Origin: an uncultured bacterium
GTDB lineage: Bacteria; Patescibacteriota; Minisyncoccia; Phycocordibacterales; UBA9973
Assembly (NCBI GenBank): GCA_903888625.1
Contig: CAISUD010000060.1
Location: 1-50,248, forward strand
Length of the DNA stretch: 50,248 nucleotides
Reading direction: 5' to 3'
Shown in pieces: positions 1-7,124 of this stretch. The number at the start of each line of letters is the position of its first letter. Position 1 is the stretch's first letter. A program made the translations under genes and the position numbers. Below the pieces are notes generated by a model that did no database searches, was not told the DNA's origin, and worked only from the letters and a program-made list of their open reading frames with translations.

Positions 1-366
1 GGGTTATGGTAACCACTATTTTCATTATCCTTATGGAATAGCAACTGACTCTTCAGGCAATGTGTATGTTGCGGATACTGGGAATAATCTTATTCAAAAA
101 TTTACTTCAGATGGACAATATATTACTCAATGGGGAAGTTACGGCACTAGTAATGGTCAATTTATTAGTCCTTCGGGAATAGCAACTGACTCTTCAGGTA
201 ATGTGTATGTTGCGGATACTAATAATTATCGTATCCAAAAATTTACTTCAGATGGACAATATATTACTCAATGGGGGGGTTATGGTAACCACTATTTTCA
301 TTATCCTTATGGAATAGCAACTGACTCTTCAGGCAATGTGTATGTTGCGGATACTGGGAATAATCG
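1..366 (+). repeat. 138-141 bp tandem DNA repeats underlying the NHL blades
   Basis: Bases 1-89 are identical to 277-365. Bases 95-133 are identical to 236-274. Confidence 0.9.
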
Positions 367-541
367 TATCCAAGTTTTTTCGCCAGCAATTTTTTCAATT
401 GAATCTAATGGTGGTATTCCTTATATTTCATACAATTTCACTTTAAAAGCAAAAAATTTAGGCAGTGGGTATGAATATAATTATTCGAAAAATTTTAGTG
501 GTGGAGCAACTTTACGAGTAACTCCATCTCTCCCAGAATAA
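2..541 (+). CDS. NHL-repeat protein (5' end outside window)
   Basis: Frame is open from base 2 (track starts at M62). Three ~46-aa units GIATDSSGNVYVADTxNNxIQKFTSDGQYITQWG typical of NHL propeller blades. TAA at 539-541. Confidence 0.8.
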   Translation, partial: GYGNHYFHYPYGIATDSSGNVYVADTGNNLIQKFTSDGQYITQWGSYGTSNGQFISPSGIATDSSGNVYVADTNNYRIQKFTSDGQYITQWGGYGNHYFHYPYGIATDSSGNVYVADTGNNRIQVFSPAIFSIESNGGIPYISYNFTLKAKNLGSGYEYNYSKNFSGGATLRVTPSLPE

Positions 542-542
542 T

Positions 543-1064
543 ATGAAAAATTTAAAAAATAAAAAAAGAAAAATAAATTTGGAAAGGCAAAAAGGTTACG
601 TGACATTGCTGGTAATGTTGATCGTAGCAACGGTAAGTTTTGGTTTGATTCTTTCGGCTCTTCGTTCAAGCGTAAACAGCACACAAGATTCATTAGCAAT
701 TTTAAAAGGTGCTGAAGCCAGAGCTTCCGCCAATGCTTCTATGGAAGATGCTCTTTATGCAATATATAGTGATCCATATATTGCAGCGGGAACGGTTGGC
801 ACAGTTATTTGTACTGGTGCTCCACCAGAGACATGCACAACAAGTCCAGGTCACCGAGAATATACAATACAATCTACTGATCATGTTAATACTTCTTGTG
901 AACCTCCTGCTTGTACACCATACACAAGTCAAGCAAGTACTAATTGGCAAATTTTGGCAACAGGTGTTGCTGATGGAGTTACTCAAAGAATACAAGTAAA
1001 TGCTGTTCTAAATAATGGTGTTGTCTTAATTAATAATTGGCAAGAAAATGATTTTTCTGAGTAA
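543..1064 (+). CDS. pilus-associated minor-pilin-like protein (PilX-N-like N-terminus)
   Basis: Basic leader ending ERQKG followed by hydrophobic helix YVTLLVMLIVATVSFGLILSAL. Starts 1 nt after the upstream stop and lies just upstream of a canonical prepilin gene. Confidence 0.45.
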   Translation: MKNLKNKKRKINLERQKGYVTLLVMLIVATVSFGLILSALRSSVNSTQDSLAILKGAEARASANASMEDALYAIYSDPYIAAGTVGTVICTGAPPETCTTSPGHREYTIQSTDHVNTSCEPPACTPYTSQASTNWQILATGVADGVTQRIQVNAVLNNGVVLINNWQENDFSE

Positions 1065-1155
1065 AGACTATATTTTGAGATAATTTTTATTAGTGTTAAT
1101 ATTAAAAATAGGGTATAATAGAAAAAGTGTTTATTATTAGTAAATTATAAAAAAT

Positions 1156-1866
1156 ATGCAATTAAAAAAACAATTTAAAAAACAAGGTGGCTTCACTCTT
1201 TTGGAAATTCTATTGGTTGTCGCTGCTATTGCTATCTTGGCAGGTATCATAATTCTTGCTATCAATCCAAACAAACAATTGGGTGATACTCGTAATTCTC
1301 AACGTCGCTTAGCCATTGATTCCATTATCAATGCTGTTTATCAATATTCACTTGACCACAATGGGCAATTACCCGGAGAGACGGGTGCTGCCCTCTCAAT
1401 TCCAGTGGGGGACATTAGCTCAGCGGCAGAAATTTGTTTAAATGATCCACAAGACCCAAATGGCAGACATATATTGGGATGTAGCGATCAAAATGGTGGT
1501 GCTGTTGATTTATCTGATTTAACTAGAAATGCCACCTATCTCACTTCTATCCCAGCTGATCCACTTCCTTCTGCTACTGATTCAGGTATTGCGGAAGATG
1601 GTAATGATTTTTGGTCTTGTTTTAGTTCTGATGGTGTAGCAAATAATGACTTAGGCTCATATGGTATATCTGGACCTGATGGCAGTGATCGGCTTCCACT
1701 TCCTACTGTAAATAACAGTTACGATGGAACCAGAAGAGGCTCAGGCTATTATATCTATCAAGATTCTAATACTCATCTTATTCATGTTTTTGCTCCTTGT
1801 GCCGAACAGACTAATTGGGATGAAGCAAGTGGAACTGGTGCAATTGATCTTTCTACTGTTCGTTAA
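1156..1866 (+). CDS. type IV pilin-like protein (prepilin N-terminal cleavage/methylation domain)
   Basis: KKQGG|FTLLEILLVVAAIAILAGIIILAI: G-1, F+1, E+5 class III signal peptide. Confidence 0.85.
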   Translation: MQLKKQFKKQGGFTLLEILLVVAAIAILAGIIILAINPNKQLGDTRNSQRRLAIDSIINAVYQYSLDHNGQLPGETGAALSIPVGDISSAAEICLNDPQDPNGRHILGCSDQNGGAVDLSDLTRNATYLTSIPADPLPSATDSGIAEDGNDFWSCFSSDGVANNDLGSYGISGPDGSDRLPLPTVNNSYDGTRRGSGYYIYQDSNTHLIHVFAPCAEQTNWDEASGTGAIDLSTVR

Positions 1867-1868
1867 TT

Positions 1869-3359
1869 ATGGAAGAAGCAAAGAAAAATAATTTTCATTT
1901 AAAGATTAAAAAAAATGCTGGACCAATTTTTGCTTTTTTGGTTTTGTTTATTTCACTTACTTTAACTTATTTTGCTTGGCGTTATAATCTTCAACTTTTA
2001 GAAAGTCAGGCACAATTACTATCCAGTGCAGGGCAATCTTCTTTACAGAGTTTTGCTATTTATGCTTCTAGTAATCAAATTTCTAAATTGATTGTAGTTG
2101 GAGGAATTATCGCTTCTTTTTCTATTTTTGGAATTATGCTTTCGATTTTAAGTGCTAGACGTAGAGCAGTAGATATTGCAGAAATAATTACTAAAAATTT
2201 AAAAGAAAAAAGTTTAGAATTAGAAAAATTAAATAAACTTTTAGCTAAAGAAACCAATGAAAATAACGCTATTTTGTCTTCAATGGGAGAGTCTTTGATT
2301 GGAATTTCCGGGGAAGGGAAAATTCTTTTTATGAATCAGATGGCGACGGCGTTAGTTGGACTTGCCAGTGGTGATGCTTACGGAAGAAACATCGATGAAG
2401 TTTTGCCTTTATACAAAAATGAAGAATTAATTGAACCTGAAAATTCTCCTATTCATCGAACAATTAAAGAAAATGAAATGGGTAGAGTTTATTTGTATGA
2501 CAATATTTTTACTAAAGATAAAAATGATCGTCGTTTCCCAATTGTTCTTTCTTCTGTTCCAATCAATCAAGAATATTCAGTCTATGACATTGCGAGTATT
2601 ATAATGTTTCATGATATTTCTACTGAAAAAGCAGTTGATCGTGCAAAAACAGAATTTGTGTCGCTAGCTGCTCACCAGTTGCGAATGCCACTTACTACTA
2701 TCAGATGGTATGTAGAAATGTTATTAGCTGGAGATCGAGGAGCCATTACTCCTGAACAGAAAGAATATATTGCAGAGATTGAAGAGAGTAATAAACGAAT
2801 GATTTTTTTGGTGAATAATTTATTAAATGTTTCAAGAGTTCGGTTAGGAACTTTTTCAATCGAACCTGTGCCAACTGATTTAAGTAAAATAGTAGAAAGT
2901 GTGATTGCTGAATTTAAACCTATTATCACTAAGAAAAAAATGAAAATAGAAACAGAAATTAGTGAAGGCATAAAAATATTTAATGCCGATTCAAATTTAA
3001 TGCGAGTAATTTTTCAAAATCTTGTTTCAAATGCTTTGAAATACACTGGCGAAGAGGGAACAATAAAAATTTCAATTGGTGAGAATAATGATCGTTTTTT
3101 TATTTCGGTAATTGACAATGGTTATGGTATTCCAAAAGATGATCAACCAAAAATATTCTCACAATTATATCGAGCAGAAAATGTCAAAACTAAAGAAGCC
3201 GATGGCAGTGGTTTGGGACTTTTTATGATAAAAACAATTATTGAAGAAGCCGATGGCACCATTTCTTTTAATTCTGAAGAAAATAAGGGTACGAAATTCT
3301 TTGTGACTTTTCCTAAAACTGGTATGAAAGCTAAAAAAGGCAGTGTAAAACTGACATAG
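1869..3359 (+). CDS. sensor histidine kinase (TM, PAS-like, HisKA, HATPase_c)
   Basis: H-box SLAAHQLRMPLTTI, N-box NLVSNALKYT, G1 DNGYGIP, G2 GSGLGL. Two N-terminal hydrophobic segments. No response regulator adjacent. Confidence 0.9.
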   Translation: MEEAKKNNFHLKIKKNAGPIFAFLVLFISLTLTYFAWRYNLQLLESQAQLLSSAGQSSLQSFAIYASSNQISKLIVVGGIIASFSIFGIMLSILSARRRAVDIAEIITKNLKEKSLELEKLNKLLAKETNENNAILSSMGESLIGISGEGKILFMNQMATALVGLASGDAYGRNIDEVLPLYKNEELIEPENSPIHRTIKENEMGRVYLYDNIFTKDKNDRRFPIVLSSVPINQEYSVYDIASIIMFHDISTEKAVDRAKTEFVSLAAHQLRMPLTTIRWYVEMLLAGDRGAITPEQKEYIAEIEESNKRMIFLVNNLLNVSRVRLGTFSIEPVPTDLSKIVESVIAEFKPIITKKKMKIETEISEGIKIFNADSNLMRVIFQNLVSNALKYTGEEGTIKISIGENNDRFFISVIDNGYGIPKDDQPKIFSQLYRAENVKTKEADGSGLGLFMIKTIIEEADGTISFNSEENKGTKFFVTFPKTGMKAKKGSVKLT

Positions 3360-3494
3360 TTGCTTTTTCTAAAAAGGTGGTATGATTAATATGTCGGGTC
3401 CTATTTACTACATTAATTTACTCGAGGACATTTATAAAATAACTTATGTTATATGGTTTATTTAGATAAATACGTCATATTAACTATTAAAAAA

Positions 3495-3935
3495 ATGAAA
3501 TATAAAAAACAAATTGCTACTACAGCACTCGCTATTTCTCTCCTTGTTGGAGGCACCAATGTGTTTGCTGCTACACCACAGGATTTAGGAATAAAAAATA
3601 TTACTCAATCTTATCAAAAACAAAATAAGGATAAGGGAAAAGAATTTAGAAAACAACATGACGTTGTCGGAGTTGTTTCAGTTCTGACAAGTACTGGTTT
3701 CACACTTAATGTTAAAAATTTAAAAACCAAAAAAACTTCTTCAACTGATATTCTGACCAATTCCACTACTACCTACAAAAAAGATGGACTTAAAGCATCT
3801 GAGACAGATTTACTAGTTGGACAGAAAGTAGTTGTGACGGGGACGCTCGATACAACGACTTCAATTTTTACTGCCAAAACTGTAAAAATTGTCACTAAAA
3901 TTTCCACTACCCCAAAAAGTAAAAATAAAGTATAA
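3495..3935 (+). CDS. secreted hypothetical protein
   Basis: Signal peptide MKYKKQIATTALAISLLVGGTNVFA at the internal Met 3495 (the track ORF starts at 3453). Thr/Lys-rich beta-type body. Confidence 0.55.
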   Translation: MKYKKQIATTALAISLLVGGTNVFAATPQDLGIKNITQSYQKQNKDKGKEFRKQHDVVGVVSVLTSTGFTLNVKNLKTKKTSSTDILTNSTTTYKKDGLKASETDLLVGQKVVVTGTLDTTTSIFTAKTVKIVTKISTTPKSKNKV

Positions 3936-3969
3936 AACCCTACAGGTCTTGCCTGTAAAACTAAAAAAT

Positions 3970-3999
3970 ACACACCAACAATGGTGTGTATTTTTGTTT
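3970..3999 (+). terminator. rho-independent terminator
   Basis: Stem acacacca/tggtgtgt with a 4-nt loop, followed by atttttgttt. Confidence 0.7.
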
Positions 4000-4000
4000 G

Positions 4001-4085
4001 CGGAGACGGTGAGATTCGAACTCACGGTACCTTGCGGTACTCTTGTTTTCAAGACAAGTGCGTTAGACCTCTCCGCCACGTCTCC
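4001..4085 (-). tRNA. tRNA-Ser (anticodon UGA)
   Basis: Reverse complement folds as GGAGACG acceptor, anticodon loop CTTGAAA, long variable arm AGTACCGCAAGGTACC, T-loop TTCGAAT, discriminator G. Confidence 0.9.
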
Positions 4086-4131
4086 GTATAGTTACTCTAC
4101 TTTATTTTGAGATTTTTCTCAAGTATATATA

Positions 4132-4156
4132 AAAATACCCCAGATTGGGGTATTTT
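4132..4156. terminator. bidirectional hairpin terminator
   Basis: aaaatacccc / ggggtatttt stem with a 5-nt loop, A-run on one side and T-run on the other. Lies downstream of the minus-strand gene 4165-4470. Confidence 0.65.
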
Positions 4157-4164
4157 ATAATTTT

Positions 4165-4470
4165 TTATTTATTCTCTGTGGAAATATTTTCGGTAGTTGG
4201 ATTTTCTTTTTTAACTGGAGTAATTTTTTTAAACAAAATAATTTCCGTAAAAACTCTTTTAACATCTGTCCATTTTTTCTTGGCAAAACCAAAAAGATAA
4301 ATAATTTCAAGAATTCCGACAGTGTTGAAAACAAGTAAAGCTAAAAACCAACCTCGTTGACCTCTTTTTGCGGCTGTCCAAATAGCGTAACCTTTCCAAA
4401 AAAGTGTCCAAAGTGCTAATAAAACTATTAATAATAATGGTATTCTCAAACCTGAATATTGGTTAATCAT
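4165..4470 (-). CDS. small membrane protein, function unknown
   Basis: Two hydrophobic helices (IPLLLIVLLALWTLFW, WFLALLVFNTVGILEIIYLF). Compact ORF with a terminator directly downstream. Confidence 0.6.
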   Translation of the reverse strand: MINQYSGLRIPLLLIVLLALWTLFWKGYAIWTAAKRGQRGWFLALLVFNTVGILEIIYLFGFAKKKWTDVKRVFTEIILFKKITPVKKENPTTENISTENK

Positions 4471-4520
4471 TTTTGTATTATATCAGAAAAACACTTTTTG
4501 TGCTAGTATATTTAACATAT

Positions 4521-4949
4521 ATGCAGAAATTTTTAGGGATAGATTTTGGGACAAAAAGGGTAGGATTAGCCATTTCGGATGAAAATGGCCAGTTGGCTTT
4601 CCCATTTAAAATTTTGAAAAATGATGCCGAATTATACGATATGATTCATAACATTTGTGGGGAAGAAGACATTTCCGAAATTGTACTCGGTGAATCGTTG
4701 GATTTTTCTGGTGAGGAAAATGTTTTAATGGAAAAAATAAAACAATTTAAAAAAGAATTAGAAAAATTAAATTTACCAATTCATTTTCAAAAAGAATTTT
4801 TGACAACGGTTGAAGCGAGGGGCAGGGGTGGTAAAGAAAAAAATAATGCCAGGAAGGTGAAAAAAGTAGAAGCTCAAAAAGCTGATGCCGTAGCTGCCGC
4901 TCTTATTTTACAAAGGTATTTGGACCGAAGAAATTCACCTCACCCCTAG
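4521..4949 (+). CDS. ruvX: Holliday-junction-resolvase-like nuclease RuvX/YqgF
   Basis: MQKFLGIDFGTKRVGLAISD start typical of YqgF, so Met 4521 is preferred to the track start 4473. The stop TAG 4947-4949 lies inside the palindromic element. Confidence 0.8.
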   Translation: MQKFLGIDFGTKRVGLAISDENGQLAFPFKILKNDAELYDMIHNICGEEDISEIVLGESLDFSGEENVLMEKIKQFKKELEKLNLPIHFQKEFLTTVEARGRGGKEKNNARKVKKVEAQKADAVAAALILQRYLDRRNSPHP

Positions 4950-4987
4950 CCCCTCTCCTTATAAAGGAGAGGGGCTAGGGGTGAGGT
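4937..4987. repeat. GC-rich palindromic element, copy 1 (complete)
   Basis: Perfect 24-bp arms acctcacccctagcccctctcctt / aaggagaggggctaggggtgaggt with a 3-nt loop. The flank ttctttaggattttaatt is shared with copy 2. Confidence 0.9.
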
Positions 4988-5011
4988 TCTTTAGGATTTT
5001 AATTAAATTTT

Positions 5012-5020
5012 TGCTATCAT
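5012..5020 (+). promoter_or_regulatory. extended -10 box (TGcTATCAT), predicted leaderless start
   Basis: The -10 hexamer ends 6 nt before ATG 5027. No SD in between. Confidence 0.45.
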
Positions 5021-5026
5021 AAATCT

Positions 5027-5401
5027 ATGAGCTATGTGTCTTATGATGAATTTAAGAAAATGGAAATACGAGTTGGGACTATTTTAAAAGTAGAACCTGT
5101 TCCAGAAACTGACAAACTTCTTTGTTGTCAGGTTGATTTCGGTTCAATTATTATTGAAAATCCTGATGGCACGAAAGAAGAAAAGAGAAACATTAGACAA
5201 ATTATTTCTGGAATTCATGAATATTATCCCGATCCAAGTGTTTTAATCAACAAACAAGTTTTATATATTGTTAATTTAGAACCAAGGACAATCAAAGGTT
5301 ACGAGAGCAATGGGATGTTGATGGCAGTCGATGGAATAGATGGCAAGCCAGTTTTCCTTGTTCCAGAGGTGCCAGTTAACCCTGGAAGTAAAGTTAGATA
5401 A
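5027..5401 (+). CDS. tRNA-binding domain protein (CsaA / EMAP-II-like OB fold)
   Basis: FKKMEIRVGTILKVEPVPETDKLLCCQVDFG ... LEPRTIKGYESNGMLMAV matches the tRNA_bind domain pattern. Confidence 0.75.
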   Translation: MSYVSYDEFKKMEIRVGTILKVEPVPETDKLLCCQVDFGSIIIENPDGTKEEKRNIRQIISGIHEYYPDPSVLINKQVLYIVNLEPRTIKGYESNGMLMAVDGIDGKPVFLVPEVPVNPGSKVR

Positions 5402-5402
5402 A

Positions 5403-7100
5403 ATGGAATATAAAAACGAAACAAAAAACTGTCAGAATTGTAAAAATGAGTTTGTAATCAAACCAGACGATTTTGGGTTTTATGAACAAATGAAAGTTCC
5501 TCCTCCTGTTTGGTGTCCACAGTGTCGCTTACTTCGACGTATGGCTTGGTATGGATATCGAATTTTATATAAACGTAAATGTGATTTTACTGGTGAAAAT
5601 ATAATTACTTTTTATCATCCTAGTGTTCCAGGAAAAATTTATAAACAAGATATTTGGTGGAGTGATAAATGGGATCCAAAAAGTTATGGTCGCGATTATG
5701 ATTTTTCTAAACCATTTTTTGAACAATACAAAGAATTATTTGAGGAAGTTCCTAAGGCTTCACTTAACACAGAATATACTACTATGATAAATAGTGAATA
5801 TTGTAACGCAGCTAGTTTCCAAAAAAATGGTTATCTTTGTTTTAAACATATTACTGGAGAAGATTCTGCTTATACAAACGTAGCATTAAATACAAAAGAT
5901 TCTTTAGATCTTGCTTATTCATCCAACCCAGAACTTTGTTATGAAATAGTGGATGTGCGAAATTCTTTTCAAACTTTTTTTTCGCAAGATTGTGAAAATT
6001 GTCACAGTGTTTATTTCTCTAGAGATTTAGTAAATTGTGGTGATTGTTTTGGATGTACCTCATTAAGGAATAAAAATTATTGTTTATTTAATAAACAATT
6101 AACTAGAGAAGAGTATTTAAAAAAAATTAAAGAATTTGATCTTGGTTCAATGAAAAATGTTTTGGAATTTAAAAGAAAGGCTTATCTTTTGTCATTAGAT
6201 TATCCACGTCGAGCAACTCTTGGTAGAAATAATTTAAATGTTTCTGGAGAATATATATATAATTCAAAAAATGTTCATGATGCGTACTTTGTTTCTGATT
6301 CAGAAAATATTAGATACTCTCAGTTATTTTTAAAAGGGAAAACTCATAATTGTTATGATTTTACAGCTTTTGGTTCTAGTTCAGAATGGATATATGAAGT
6401 AACTTGGATGGGATTAAATACTTCGAATGTTAAATTTGGAATTTGGGGATATCGTAATCATCATACAGAATACACTTTTGGTTGTCATGGGTCTGCTTAT
6501 TTATTTGGTTGTGTTGGTTTAAATAAAGCCGAATATTGTGTTTTTAACAAGCAATATTCCAAAGAAGAATATTTTTCATTAGTTGAAAAAATTAAAAAAC
6601 AAATGGAAAAAATTCCTTTTATTGACAGAAGAGGATTAAAGCATGGATATGGTGGGCAGATACCCATTGATCTTTGCCCATATGCTTATAATGAATCTAC
6701 TGCTTTTGAATTTTTCCCATTAACAAAAGAAGAGGCGATTGCTAAAGGTTTTACTTGGCGTGACCCTGATTCACGTGAATACCTTCCAGCTAGTATTATT
6801 ATTCCAGATCATATTAAAGATGTGACAGATGATATATTAAAAGCAATTTTAAAATGTTTAGCTTGTGGTAAGAATTATCAAATAATTCAAAAAGAGTTAC
6901 AATTTTTACGTCGTTTTAATTTTCCTATTCCACATGATTGTCCACTTTGCCGAGATAGGAATCGTATTAAACAATTAAATCCGATGCAAACATATAAACG
7001 TAGCTGTGGTAAATGCAATATAGTAATTGAAACTTCTTATTCACCAGATCGACCAGAAATAGTTTATTGTGAAAAATGTTATCAGCAGGAAGTTTATTAA
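5403..7100 (+). CDS. cysteine-rich zinc-ribbon-flanked repeat protein, unknown function (paralogue 1)
   Basis: Start set at MEYKNETKNCQNCKNEF by identity with paralogue 2 (track start 5340 overlaps the upstream gene). N- and C-terminal CxxC...CxxC ribbons. Internal CxxCxxCFGCxxL..YCxFNKQ motifs. Confidence 0.75.
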   Translation: MEYKNETKNCQNCKNEFVIKPDDFGFYEQMKVPPPVWCPQCRLLRRMAWYGYRILYKRKCDFTGENIITFYHPSVPGKIYKQDIWWSDKWDPKSYGRDYDFSKPFFEQYKELFEEVPKASLNTEYTTMINSEYCNAASFQKNGYLCFKHITGEDSAYTNVALNTKDSLDLAYSSNPELCYEIVDVRNSFQTFFSQDCENCHSVYFSRDLVNCGDCFGCTSLRNKNYCLFNKQLTREEYLKKIKEFDLGSMKNVLEFKRKAYLLSLDYPRRATLGRNNLNVSGEYIYNSKNVHDAYFVSDSENIRYSQLFLKGKTHNCYDFTAFGSSSEWIYEVTWMGLNTSNVKFGIWGYRNHHTEYTFGCHGSAYLFGCVGLNKAEYCVFNKQYSKEEYFSLVEKIKKQMEKIPFIDRRGLKHGYGGQIPIDLCPYAYNESTAFEFFPLTKEEAIAKGFTWRDPDSREYLPASIIIPDHIKDVTDDILKAILKCLACGKNYQIIQKELQFLRRFNFPIPHDCPLCRDRNRIKQLNPMQTYKRSCGKCNIVIETSYSPDRPEIVYCEKCYQQEVY

Positions 7101-7124
7101 ATATTTATAGTTTTAAAAAAATAA

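Noticed and set aside
481-999. Track ORFs 481..699(-), 702..995(-) and 709..999(+), which overlap the NHL and PilX-like genes.
   Set aside because: They are alternative-frame or antisense shadows of better-supported genes. They have low-complexity products and no motifs. The same reasoning was applied to all other short antisense ORFs in the track, for example 2075-2257, 2672-2971, 7605-7811, 13288-13575, 15268-15612, 30772-31140 and 44126-44506.
4473-4520. Upstream extension of the ruvX ORF (MYYIRKTLFVLVYLTY...).
   Set aside because: YqgF proteins begin close to the (L/I)G(I/L)DxG motif. Met 4521 gives that, and the extension would abut the divergent gene's start.
5340-5402. N-terminal 21-codon extension of the first cysteine-rich ORF.
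   Set aside because: It overlaps the end of the tRNA-binding-domain gene. The tandem paralogue starts with the identical MEYKNETKNC sequence, which fixes the start at 5403.
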